This document shows, in pieces, positions 55,231-64,000 of a DNA stretch of 64,000 nt (the first letter of the stretch is position 1; each line of letters begins with the position of its first letter). This stretch comes from Candidatus Eiseniibacteriota bacterium (GTDB lineage: Bacteria > Eisenbacteria > RBG-16-71-46). Location of the stretch: positions 1-64,000 of the forward strand of contig JANMQY010000114.1 in the NCBI GenBank assembly GCA_031370785.1. Direction: 5' to 3'. The notes beneath the pieces are model-generated. The model was not told the origin of the DNA. It searched no databases and saw nothing but the letters and a program-made list of their open reading frames with translations. A program made the position numbers and the translations under genes.

Positions 55231-58200
55231 TCAGTACTCCCAGCGTGCCTTCAGGTTGACGTTGAAGTCGGGCGTTCCGCTGCTCGGCGCCGTGATGCCG
55301 GTCACCACCCGACGCTGCGCGATCTCGGTCGAGACGAAGATGAAGCGGTTGATCCGGTACTCCGCCTCGACGTCGCGCTCGAACAGGACGTCGCTCTGCG
55401 GAGTCGCGCTGTAGCGGGTGAAGCCGTGCAGCACCTGACTGTACTTGAGGCTCAGACGACTGTTGATCTGACTGCCGGCCGAGATGATCAGGTCGCCTTC
55501 GCCGAGCAGCCCTCCGCGGTCGCGCTCCAGCGACCATTCGTTCACGTAGTTGCCGAACGCCTTCGAAAGGTCGGCGCTCAGCGACCGGTTGATGGCCCGG
55601 GTGATGTAGTTGTCGAGCGGCTGCTGCACGGAAAACTGTCCCCCAACGCGGAATGTTCCGTACGTCATTTCCTGAAGGATCGCGGCCTGATCCCAGGAGT
55701 TGACGCCGCTCTCATCCACCAGCGTGACGAGCGGGGTGTTGGCCCGGCCGGTGATGGTCACCCGGATGTTGTGCGCAGTCTTGTCGTCGGAATTCTGCGA
55801 GGATCCGACGATGCGCGTCGTGGCCTCGATGTCGAGCACCGGGTTCGTGCCCCCCACGTTATCGAACGTGAGGTCCGAGCGGGTGATGGTAAAGCGATTG
55901 CTCAGGAAGTAGTAGGTCCCGCGCAGTGCCTCCATCTCGCCGAAGATGATCAAGGAATCCCGGGTCTGCTCGAGGTTGAGGTCGGCCGCGAATTCGATGT
56001 CGCCCTCGGGCGGACGCCAGCGCAGATTGCTGTTGGCGACGAGGTGGATCTGATAGGTCCAGAACAGAGGCTGGGTCGCGGCCGCGATCTGCTGCATTTC
56101 GGTCTGGTTGCTGAAGTCGAACAGGATCACCGCGCGTTTCACGTCCGCCTTGCCCTGCACCATCGGCAGGGTCACGTTGTGCACGCGAGGGCCGTTGGTG
56201 ACCGTGAAGTCGCCGTCGAACTCGGCGGCATAGAGTCCGTGCTCGGCGGCCGAGAAGTTGCGCATCTCGAGATCGAACGCGTAGCCCTTGAGCGCGAGAC
56301 CGTTCAGGTCGACACCTCCGCGCGCGCGCACGCGGCCGCGTGGCCCCTGCCGTGCGGTGAGAGAGTCCAGGGTCACGCGGTTCTGGTCCACGCGCAGGTC
56401 GGCATGGACCGCTTCCAGCACCTCTTCGCGGGCGGCGAGTCGCACCGTTCCGTCCCGGATCTGGATCTGCCCATCCAGGTTCGGGTGGCGCGCGGTCCCG
56501 GCAACTCTTGCTTTGAGCAGGAAGCGCCCCGCCGCCGAGCCGATCTGCGGGACGAACAGCGGCATCAGCGCCAGATCGCCGTTCGGAATCTCGACATCCC
56601 ATTGCATCGGGGCCTCCGGCAGGACCGGAGGGCGACCGAGTGCGAGCTGGAGCGGCATGTAGCCGGACGCCTTCGAGACCACGGCGCTGCGGGTCATGCG
56701 CGCTTCGCTGACGTCGAGCCTTCCGGCGGCGTAACGCGCGCGCACGTCGAGTTCGTCCGCGCGATAGTCCTTCCATGCCGGAGCCACCATGTGCGCGTGC
56801 ACGTCGAACGTCGGCGCCTGCGGGCTGCCGCTCACGTTGACCCCTCCCGAGAGCGTGCCCGCCCACCCTTCCGCCGCCGGGACCAGTGTGCCGAGCCGGT
56901 CGATCGGCAGGTCCCTGGCTTCGACCGTGCCCTGCCAGCTCTGAGCGTCCGAGAGCCAGCGCAGCACTCCATCGGCGGTGAGCGTGTCGGGCCATGCGCG
57001 CGCGGTGCGTTCGACCTTCCCGCGCGCATCGAGCGTTCCGCCACGCAGCAGCAGCTTCGCCTCCTTCACCTCGAGGCGCGAAGGCGCACCGGCCAGCTCG
57101 AGCCGGATCGAATCGGCGGCATGGCCGCTCTTGCCCGGCGCGCGCGCGATTCCGGTGAACGCCCAGCGCGGATCACCGTTTTTCCCCTGAACCTGGAGCA
57201 TGGCATCCGCGCGACCGCTCAGCTGCCACTCGAGCGGCAGGCCGAGGCGGGCGAGATCGAGTCGCTCGGCTCTCCCGCGCCAGTCGTAATCGCCATGTGG
57301 ACCGGCCCAGCGACCCGAGATCGCCAGGTGCGCATCTCCGTCGCGCGCCTCGAGCCGGTCGAAGGTGACTCCGCTTGGCACGCCGTGCAGCTCGACCGGC
57401 GGGACGGCCACCCAGTGGAACTGAGTGCTCTGCGCCTTCGCGCGATCGAGGCTCAGCGTCCAGCCGTCCTTGCTCCAGAGCGACCGTCCGGCGAGGGTGA
57501 GCACGGTGTCTCCCGCCATCGCTCGGACCGACTGCATCTCGAGCTGGCGGTCCCCGAGGTGAAGGGCGGCAGTCGCGCTGTCGAAATGAACCGCGAGATA
57601 GGTCAGGTCTTCGAGACGCGCGTCGGCGAGCATGTCGGGCACGTTGAGCAGCGCGCCGTTGATGTGTTCGAGCTTCCAGCGCGCCGCGTGCATGCCGAGC
57701 CAGTCGGTCTGGATTCCAGCGAGCACGCCGGTTACGTACAGCTTGCCGCCTCGGGCATCCACTCCGCCCGCGCCCTGGGTGAGCGTGCCGCGGATGCCGC
57801 TTGCGCGCCCATCGGGCCACTCATCCAGCGCGTAGCGCGCCACGGTGTAGCTGCCGTTCCAGCCCGGCGTCCTGGTGCGGCCGTGCAGCACGGCCTCGCC
57901 GCCTCGGCGCAGCATGCGCACGGTGAAGCTGTCGGGCTGAGGATCGGGCGGCATGTCCATCACGAAGTCCGCGCTGTCGGCACGCCATCCCGCGAGCTCC
58001 GACCCCAGCAGATGCGCGGTCAGGTGACCGGAGCCGTGCGGGCGCGTGTCCACGTTGTAGCGGAAGCGCCCGTTCAGGTTGCCGACGGGCCACCCGGTGA
58101 TATGCAGCGCCTCCCAGTTCGAGGGATCTCCGTTCTTCACCGCGCCGCCGATCGCCCAGCCTTCGTGCGCCCAGTCCATCCGCCCGTCGAGCACGCCCGC

Positions 58201-59265
58201 CGGCGAGCGGAATGCGAGCGGAACGACCGCCAGCCGCTTCTGCTCGTAACGGAACACACCCTCGCCATCGCCTTTCAGGCTGTCCCAGTCGACGTGGGCG
58301 GCGAAGCGCCCGTGCCAGTCGCGTGCGCCCTGCAGGTCGACCGCCGCGCGGCCATCCCCCGGCACGTCGAACGACTTGTTGTCGAACAGCCGGGCCAGCA
58401 GTCTCCAGCGCACGCGCCCGATGTCGACGTGTGCGCGACGCTCGGTCGCTCCCTTCTGCCACGCTCCGGTTGCGCGCAGCTGCAGCTCTTCCGAGCGCAG
58501 CTCGCGGATCTCGAACCGGACGCTGTCGCTGACCGAGTAGTTCCCGGCGAGTCGCTCGAGCGTGGTGCCGTACGGCCCGTGCTTCCAGCTCAGATCGACC
58601 AGGTCGATGCGGGTCGGCGAGGTGTTCGCGACCACGTCGAGATGGCCGCCCTCGGCGTGCAGCTCGGGGTCCGGAGTGATCAGCGTCGCGTTCTGGACGA
58701 TCAGATGCACGCGCAGCGACGATTGCCTGCCGCTCGCGGGGCTGCTCTTCCATTTCGGCAGCCTGAGCTTCCCGTCAGGGCCGCGCGCGAGCCGGATGAT
58801 CGCCTCGTCCATGGTCACGTCCACCCAGCGCCGGTTGGGCTGCAGCAGCGAAAGCGTGGAGTAGCCGACCTGCATACTGCGGGCCTCGAGCAGCGTCGGG
58901 CCCTTGCCGTCCCGGAATTTCACACGCGGCTCGATGACGCGGATGCCGACCAGCGGATTGCCGCGGATGTCCTTGATCTCGATCACGACATCCGAGTGCG
59001 AGGCCAGCGTCTGGTTCAAGAACAGGGTGAGCTCCTGTGCCACCCATTCGGTGCGGTTCGCGAGATAGAGTCCGATCGACACCACGATCAGGACGACGAA
59101 GCCGACGATCGCGAGCAGGCTGAGCCAGATCAGCTTCCCGACCGTCCAGCGCACCGGCTCGGGGACGTGCTCGACCACCTCCGCGATCTCCTCGCGGATC
59201 TCTTCGACCAGCCCGTGATGCGGCTCGGTCGGCTCGGGAGCGTCAGGCTCGCGGGGTTCGGTCAT
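55231..59265 (-). CDS. tamB: Translocation/assembly module TamB (DUF490)
   Basis: N-terminal TM anchor, long beta-rich body, C-terminal GTYYF..RF.I....F....NPVLDIEA pattern; downstream of an Omp85 gene. Confidence 0.85.
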   Translation of the reverse strand: MTEPREPDAPEPTEPHHGLVEEIREEIAEVVEHVPEPVRWTVGKLIWLSLLAIVGFVVLIVVSIGLYLANRTEWVAQELTLFLNQTLASHSDVVIEIKDIRGNPLVGIRVIEPRVKFRDGKGPTLLEARSMQVGYSTLSLLQPNRRWVDVTMDEAIIRLARGPDGKLRLPKWKSSPASGRQSSLRVHLIVQNATLITPDPELHAEGGHLDVVANTSPTRIDLVDLSWKHGPYGTTLERLAGNYSVSDSVRFEIRELRSEELQLRATGAWQKGATERRAHVDIGRVRWRLLARLFDNKSFDVPGDGRAAVDLQGARDWHGRFAAHVDWDSLKGDGEGVFRYEQKRLAVVPLAFRSPAGVLDGRMDWAHEGWAIGGAVKNGDPSNWEALHITGWPVGNLNGRFRYNVDTRPHGSGHLTAHLLGSELAGWRADSADFVMDMPPDPQPDSFTVRMLRRGGEAVLHGRTRTPGWNGSYTVARYALDEWPDGRASGIRGTLTQGAGGVDARGGKLYVTGVLAGIQTDWLGMHAARWKLEHINGALLNVPDMLADARLEDLTYLAVHFDSATAALHLGDRQLEMQSVRAMAGDTVLTLAGRSLWSKDGWTLSLDRAKAQSTQFHWVAVPPVELHGVPSGVTFDRLEARDGDAHLAISGRWAGPHGDYDWRGRAERLDLARLGLPLEWQLSGRADAMLQVQGKNGDPRWAFTGIARAPGKSGHAADSIRLELAGAPSRLEVKEAKLLLRGGTLDARGKVERTARAWPDTLTADGVLRWLSDAQSWQGTVEARDLPIDRLGTLVPAAEGWAGTLSGGVNVSGSPQAPTFDVHAHMVAPAWKDYRADELDVRARYAAGRLDVSEARMTRSAVVSKASGYMPLQLALGRPPVLPEAPMQWDVEIPNGDLALMPLFVPQIGSAAGRFLLKARVAGTARHPNLDGQIQIRDGTVRLAAREEVLEAVHADLRVDQNRVTLDSLTARQGPRGRVRARGGVDLNGLALKGYAFDLEMRNFSAAEHGLYAAEFDGDFTVTNGPRVHNVTLPMVQGKADVKRAVILFDFSNQTEMQQIAAATQPLFWTYQIHLVANSNLRWRPPEGDIEFAADLNLEQTRDSLIIFGEMEALRGTYYFLSNRFTITRSDLTFDNVGGTNPVLDIEATTRIVGSSQNSDDKTAHNIRVTITGRANTPLVTLVDESGVNSWDQAAILQEMTYGTFRVGGQFSVQQPLDNYITRAINRSLSADLSKAFGNYVNEWSLERDRGGLLGEGDLIISAGSQINSRLSLKYSQVLHGFTRYSATPQSDVLFERDVEAEYRINRFIFVSTEIAQRRVVTGITAPSSGTPDFNVNLKARWEY

Positions 59266-59269
59266 GGAT

Positions 59270-61204
59270 TCAGAAGGCCGGGCCTATGGCGAACTGCAAC
59301 CGGTTGGGAACATTGCGCGGGAGCAGCGTGACATCGAAGCGCAGCGGCCCGAACGGCAGGTTCAAGCGCGCCCCGGCGCCAAAGACGTAACGCACGTCGC
59401 CGGGATCGGGCAGCGTGTCGTCGGTTCGAACCGCGAAGTGCGACGCCTTGATGTACGACGGGCGCGCCCAGACATTCCCGGCGTCGGCGAACAGCTCCAT
59501 GCCGAACGGGCCGATCAACGGCACGCGCAGCTCGAGGTTGGCGAGCAGCATGGCGAGACCGCCCGAGGGAGGCAGGGTGTTCTCGCGGAAGCCGCGGACC
59601 GAGTTCACGCCTCCGAGCCGGAATCGGTTCTCCAGCGGCACGCGCGATACCTGCGTATCGGTGACTTCGGTTCCCTGCGGGGTGAACTGGTTGGCGCGCC
59701 CGAACGGGCCGATCACGCCGCCCCGCACCCGGCCGGCCAGAACCGAAACTCCGATCGGCGTGTACCACGACGATCCGGTCTGGGCCTTGGTGTAGCTGCT
59801 GCTGCCGGTCAGCGGGCCGCCCGAGATCTCGATGGTGAGATTCTGAAGCGAGCCGCGCCCCGGGTTGATCGGAAAGTCGCGCAGGTCGCGATCCAGGGTC
59901 AGGCTCAGGCGATGTGCGGTGTACGAACGCGGCGCGCTCTGGAACAGCGGGTCCTGCATCGCGGCAGTCAGCGCCGAGTCCTGCGCGGTGATGCGGATGT
60001 TCTGCTTGACGAACGCGTTGTCCTGCGTGAGCGCGAGCCGCACGTAGCGCCCGAATTCCCTGCGGAGCTGGAACGTGATGCCGGGGGCCTGCTGCTCGAC
60101 GACCCAGCGCGGATCGCTGACGTAGTCGTTGTGCTTGTCGTAGTACACCGTGAACTGTCCGCGGGTGCGCGAGCCGAGCAGCCACGGCTCGAGCAGCGAC
60201 GCCTCGGTGCGGGTGAGCAGGAAGCGCGCCTTGTCATCGAACGAGAGCCTCGAGCCGAGCGTGCCCTGCAGGCCCTGCCCGCCGACGTTGCGGTGTCCCC
60301 ATTCCGCACGAACGCTGAAGCGCTCGACCGTGCCGCTGCCGATGCCGGCGTCCACCCAGCGCATCTTGCGCTCGCGCACCCTCAGGTCGATCTCGATGGT
60401 CGAGTCGATCGGGAGCGGCGAGATCTGCACCTCGCTGAACAGACCGGTCTCATAGAGGCGTTCGAGCGAGCGCGTGATCTTCGAGCGGCGGTAGAGGTCG
60501 CCGGGGCGAATGAGAATCTCGCGATCGATCAGCTTGCGCTGGACGTGCAGCTCCCCGGGGGAGCTGAGCAGCACCTCGCCGAATCGGTAACTCCTGCCCT
60601 CGAAGATCTCGTAGCGGACGAAGACGTCCAGGCTCTCGCGCCGGCTCTGGGCGGCGATGTGCGGGCGAAACCCGCGCTCCTGATACGCCTCCGAGATACG
60701 CGCGGTGTCGGCGACCAGGAACGAGGGGTTGAACGGCCGGCCGGGGCGGGCGTAGAGGCGCTTGCGAAGCTGGTCCTCCGGGTAGCTCCCGAGGCCAACC
60801 AACTCGACGGCCTTGATGCGCGAGAGCTTTCCCTCGACGATGTTGAAAGCCACGGTGGCCCGGGTGCGATCCTTGCCAAGCTTGACCTCGTACCCCACGC
60901 GCGCGTCGAGGTATCCATGCTGCCGGTAGACACTCGCGATCGCGAGCGTGTCGGCGCGGACGAAGTCGAGGCGCAGCAGCGGTCGCTCGCGCCACGGGAA
61001 GATCGAGGCGGCGCGCGTCTTCATCACCACGCGCAGCTCGCGGCCGGAAACATGGTGGCGCCCCTTCAGGCGGACGCTTTCCACGGTTTCGAGCTCACTC
61101 GGCAGTTCGTTCTGTGCCCGCGCCCGGGTCGCAGGCGCGAGGGCGAGCAGCAGCGCCACGGCGACCAGCGCATACCGCGGGCCCCTACGGCGGCGAGGGC
61201 GCAA
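59270..61204 (-). CDS. Omp85 family protein with about 3 POTRA domains (TamA/BamA-like)
   Basis: Y..HGY, Y.ERGF, LYETGLFS POTRA motifs; LGGVNSVRGF, ELRVP, GPLRFD, terminal GPAF; TTG start inferred (alternative ATG 61279). Confidence 0.88.
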   Translation of the reverse strand: MRPRRRRGPRYALVAVALLLALAPATRARAQNELPSELETVESVRLKGRHHVSGRELRVVMKTRAASIFPWRERPLLRLDFVRADTLAIASVYRQHGYLDARVGYEVKLGKDRTRATVAFNIVEGKLSRIKAVELVGLGSYPEDQLRKRLYARPGRPFNPSFLVADTARISEAYQERGFRPHIAAQSRRESLDVFVRYEIFEGRSYRFGEVLLSSPGELHVQRKLIDREILIRPGDLYRRSKITRSLERLYETGLFSEVQISPLPIDSTIEIDLRVRERKMRWVDAGIGSGTVERFSVRAEWGHRNVGGQGLQGTLGSRLSFDDKARFLLTRTEASLLEPWLLGSRTRGQFTVYYDKHNDYVSDPRWVVEQQAPGITFQLRREFGRYVRLALTQDNAFVKQNIRITAQDSALTAAMQDPLFQSAPRSYTAHRLSLTLDRDLRDFPINPGRGSLQNLTIEISGGPLTGSSSYTKAQTGSSWYTPIGVSVLAGRVRGGVIGPFGRANQFTPQGTEVTDTQVSRVPLENRFRLGGVNSVRGFRENTLPPSGGLAMLLANLELRVPLIGPFGMELFADAGNVWARPSYIKASHFAVRTDDTLPDPGDVRYVFGAGARLNLPFGPLRFDVTLLPRNVPNRLQFAIGPAF

Positions 61205-62591
61205 CCGTTCTCTCCCGGGGAGCCGGATGAGGCGCGCGGTCCAGCGCGCGCTGCCGCTGAATCCACCGCCACGGGTCATTGGCCAGGATCAGGATGAACA
61301 GCGTTCCCAGCACCACCAGCCCGGCCTTCTGGAAATTGAGATAGCTCCTGGCCGACAGCCCCCTGCGACGAATGCCCTCGATCAGCGCGAGCAGGATGTG
61401 CCCGCCGTCCAGCACCGGAAGCGGAAGAAGGTTGAACGCCATGATCGCGATGTTGATGAGCGCAAGGAACTGCAGGTAGGAGTCGAGCCCGCGCTGCGCC
61501 TGCTCGCGGGCGGCCTGCGCGATGAACAGTGGACCGCCCAGGTACTCGCGGTAATAGAGCGGGCGCGTGAGCGTGAGCCACATCCCGCCGTACACGTTGG
61601 CGACCAGCGCTCCAGTGGCGTGAAACGCAACGTCGACCGATTCGATGAGTCCGTACTTCTGTATGTAGACACTGTGGTGCGGCGCCTCGATGCCGATGCG
61701 CGCGTTCGGGCCGTTCCCGCCTTCGGGATTGAAGGGCGTGACCGTGACATCGAACTCCTGCCCGTCGCGCAAGACCCGCAGCCTGACCGGGCGATCGACC
61801 TGCCCTTTGAATGCTTCGGGCAGCTCGCTCCATGCCCGGATCGGGCGCTCGTTCACCGCGAGAATGCGATCGCCTTCGCGCAGACCCGCCTTGTACGCGG
61901 GCGCTCCGATCGCTACCGCTCCGATCACCGGCGGATCCTGCGGACGGTGCATGCTCGAGAGCACCGGCTCGCGCCGCTCCGGCGTGAGCTTCACCGGGAA
62001 CCGCTGCGCGCCGCGCTCCACGACCAGGTCGAGGGGCTTGGAGCCTGGACTCTTCTCCGCAGTCATGAAGATCTGAACCCAGCTCGTGACCGGCTGGTCA
62101 TCGACCGCGACGATCCGGTCGCCGGCACGCAGTCCAGCCTGATATGCGGCGCTGGTGTCCGGAACGGCGCCCAGCACATTCGGAGCGTCTGGATACGCGA
62201 CGCCGATCATTCCAACCACCGCGAGGACGAGGAACCCGGTGATCAGATTGGCCGCAGGGCCAGCGATCGCAATGATGACCCGGCCGTACCAGGGATGCGA
62301 CAGGAACTCGTTCGGGCTCCCCGGCATGGAACCATCATCACCGGGACTGTCGCCCGCCATCTGCACGTAGCCGCCGAGCGGGATCCACGACAGGCGGTAC
62401 TCCGTGCCGCCGGCTTCGAACTTGAAGAGCGCCGGACCAATGCCCAGCGAGAAGCGCAGCACCGTTACCCCGCGCAGCTTCGCGGCAAGGAAATGCCCGA
62501 GCTCGTGGACGAAGATCACGAGCCCGAGCAGAACGATGCCGGGAACGGCGCCGGCGAGCAGCTGAAGCAGGTGTTGCAGCGCGTTTCCCAT
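61185..62591 (-). CDS. rseP: RIP metalloprotease RseP
   Basis: HELGH, IPLGGYV, AGPAAN, two PDZ domains, NLLPLPVLDGG. Confidence 0.96.
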   Translation of the reverse strand: MGNALQHLLQLLAGAVPGIVLLGLVIFVHELGHFLAAKLRGVTVLRFSLGIGPALFKFEAGGTEYRLSWIPLGGYVQMAGDSPGDDGSMPGSPNEFLSHPWYGRVIIAIAGPAANLITGFLVLAVVGMIGVAYPDAPNVLGAVPDTSAAYQAGLRAGDRIVAVDDQPVTSWVQIFMTAEKSPGSKPLDLVVERGAQRFPVKLTPERREPVLSSMHRPQDPPVIGAVAIGAPAYKAGLREGDRILAVNERPIRAWSELPEAFKGQVDRPVRLRVLRDGQEFDVTVTPFNPEGGNGPNARIGIEAPHHSVYIQKYGLIESVDVAFHATGALVANVYGGMWLTLTRPLYYREYLGGPLFIAQAAREQAQRGLDSYLQFLALINIAIMAFNLLPLPVLDGGHILLALIEGIRRRGLSARSYLNFQKAGLVVLGTLFILILANDPWRWIQRQRALDRAPHPAPRERTVAPSPP

Positions 62592-62626
62592 CCGTGGCAA
62601 CTCCTTGACTTGGGCCTGGTTGAGCG

Positions 62627-62656
62627 AAGCTAACCCGCCCTTCCCGAGAGCGTCAA
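62627..62656 (-). promoter_or_regulatory. Sigma70-type promoter for rseP operon
   Basis: TTGACG-18 nt-TAGCTT; -35 box contains the upstream stop codon. Confidence 0.55.
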
Positions 62657-63909
62657 GGCGCAGCGACGCTCGGCGGTGAGGAAGGGAGGATCCCCACTCG
62701 AGGCGAATCGCGAAGCGCGAGGTTCGGGGAACAGCCAATGATCGCGAGCGCGAGGCCGAGTCCGAGGTAGCTCTGGTACATGACTTCGGCATCGCCAAAG
62801 GTGAAATCGAACATCCCGGCCACCAGCATCGCTGCGAACACCGCGATCGCACCGGTTACGAGCGCGACGTCTTCGCGGCGGGTTGCTGCGCGCCGCGCCC
62901 GCACCATCTGGCGCGCCGCGGCCACCAGCCAGAACACGAAGGCCGCCAGCCCGACGGCCCCGGTCATGACCGCGATCTGGATGAAGTTGTTGTGGAAGTG
63001 ACCGCTCTCAAACGTGGCGTCCGGATAACGATAGCGACGGTAGAGTGCGAGCAGATCCTGGCAGCCGACGCCGACCAGCGGGTGCTCACGGATGATGTCC
63101 AGCCCGGATCGCCACATCGAGAGCCGGCCCTGATTCCCGGGATCGTGCACGTCGACGATGCTGAACAGTCGCGACGCGAGGCGGGCCGGAGCGAAGCGCG
63201 CGAGCGCCGCGATACCGATCGGCAGCGTCCACCACCACTTCGGCGCAAGCGAGAGCAGGATCATCGCCGCGCCCGCGGCGGCTCCGAGCCAATGGCTGCG
63301 GGTCTGGGTGAGCACCAGCCCCGCGGTGAGCGGAACGATCGCGGCCGCGTACGCCCAGCGCCCTCGATCGCGCCGTCCGGCTGCGGCCGCGAGCGCCCAC
63401 AGCAGCACCGAAGCGAGCACGCCGCCCGAGGTCATCTGGTTCGAGAGCAGCGACTTCATCCGGTACTCGGGATCACGCGTGATGCTCGCCGCGTAGATCA
63501 GAAAGCCCACGGCCACGGTGAGCGCCGCGCCCATCAGCAACATGGGGACGATTCGCGAGCGCACTCTCGGGTCGCGGGCAGCTTCGGCGGTCAGGTAGAT
63601 GAGTCCGATCGCGTAGAGCTTACGAACGTGGATCAGCGAGTCGAGCTTTTCGTTGCTGAACGCGGTGCTCAGCAGCCAGGCTCCGATCAGCGCGAGCGAG
63701 GCCGGCTCGAGCCACGAGCGCTCGAATCGAAACTCACGGCCGCGCGCCCGACTCACCGCCAGCGCGGCGAGCCCGAGCACCAGCGCGCCTTCGGTGATCG
63801 CGATGCTGAACGGCAGCGCAAAGGCGAGCACCAGCAGCGCGAACTGGGCCACCCGCAGCGCGCCGCCGCCAGGGCCCACCTCTCCCGGCGCGAGATCAGA
63901 CCAGCGCAT
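62653..63909 (-). CDS. O-antigen ligase (Wzy_C) family membrane protein
   Basis: Multi-TM; TQTRS, R..MW......HPLVGVG, HFHNNFIQ....GAVGL. Confidence 0.88.
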   Translation of the reverse strand: MRWSDLAPGEVGPGGGALRVAQFALLVLAFALPFSIAITEGALVLGLAALAVSRARGREFRFERSWLEPASLALIGAWLLSTAFSNEKLDSLIHVRKLYAIGLIYLTAEAARDPRVRSRIVPMLLMGAALTVAVGFLIYAASITRDPEYRMKSLLSNQMTSGGVLASVLLWALAAAAGRRDRGRWAYAAAIVPLTAGLVLTQTRSHWLGAAAGAAMILLSLAPKWWWTLPIGIAALARFAPARLASRLFSIVDVHDPGNQGRLSMWRSGLDIIREHPLVGVGCQDLLALYRRYRYPDATFESGHFHNNFIQIAVMTGAVGLAAFVFWLVAAARQMVRARRAATRREDVALVTGAIAVFAAMLVAGMFDFTFGDAEVMYQSYLGLGLALAIIGCSPNLALRDSPRVGILPSSPPSVAAP

Positions 63910-64000
63910 GCTTCGCCTCGCGCTCGGCGAGCACTGCCTGGTACTGCTCGAGCGTGCGCTCGACCATGGCCGAATCCCGAAACGCTTCGACCGTCTGCCG
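63896..64000 (-). CDS. C-terminus of a probable GT-B (family 4-like) glycosyltransferase, truncated by window edge
   Basis: RQTVEAFRDSAMVERTLEQYQAVL...; F....MV..TL..Y tail pattern; overlaps ligase start. Confidence 0.55.
   Translation of the reverse strand, partial: RQTVEAFRDSAMVERTLEQYQAVLAEREAKHALV

Noticed and set aside
48270..59331. Very long plus-strand ORFs (1182, 1094 and 1430 aa, and many similar ones across the window)
   Set aside because: Antisense shadows of well-supported minus-strand genes; expected at high GC3, with no recognisable motifs.

Overview
GC-rich bacterial chromosomal segment from a diderm organism (Lol, Lnt, Omp85/TamB and an O-antigen ligase-like gene are present). 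An uncultured FCB-adjacent lineage such as Ca. Eisenbacteria is a guess from gene content only. About 57 genes, all but one on the minus strand, many translationally coupled. In transcription order: glycosyltransferase (partial), O-antigen ligase family, rseP, TamA/BamA-like, tamB, a peptidase-propeller-Omp85 fusion, pcrA, gatCAB, purD, purE, tsaC, YwlE-like phosphatase, ilvE, rpiB, glyA, a MoxR-DUF58-Bat operon, PAP2, EIIA, Zn-ribbon protein, cca, polyprenyl synthase, rsfS, argS, PfkB kinase, a candidate peptide/HD-GYP module, purM, a sigma54 activator, an oxidoreductase, lnt, asd, ecfT, truA, HtrA, purB-L-Q-S-F, lysS, lolC/E-lolD and mcsA-mcsB-clpC (partial). No rRNA, tRNA, CRISPR array or mobile element was recognised. 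The best candidate for an undescribed system is 21283-23620. It contains a LeuA-regulatory-domain-like protein, an unannotated 16-aa peptide (MEFLDDLINFFGKAGW) with a near-perfect Shine-Dalgarno, a structured spacer, and a membrane-anchored HD-GYP phosphodiesterase coupled to purM. Other notable items are a tandem SD+ATGA repeat forming a mini-ORF relay between batA and batB, a probable single-chain tandem PurS, and promoters built on upstream stop codons. All family calls come from motifs read by eye; no database searches were run.
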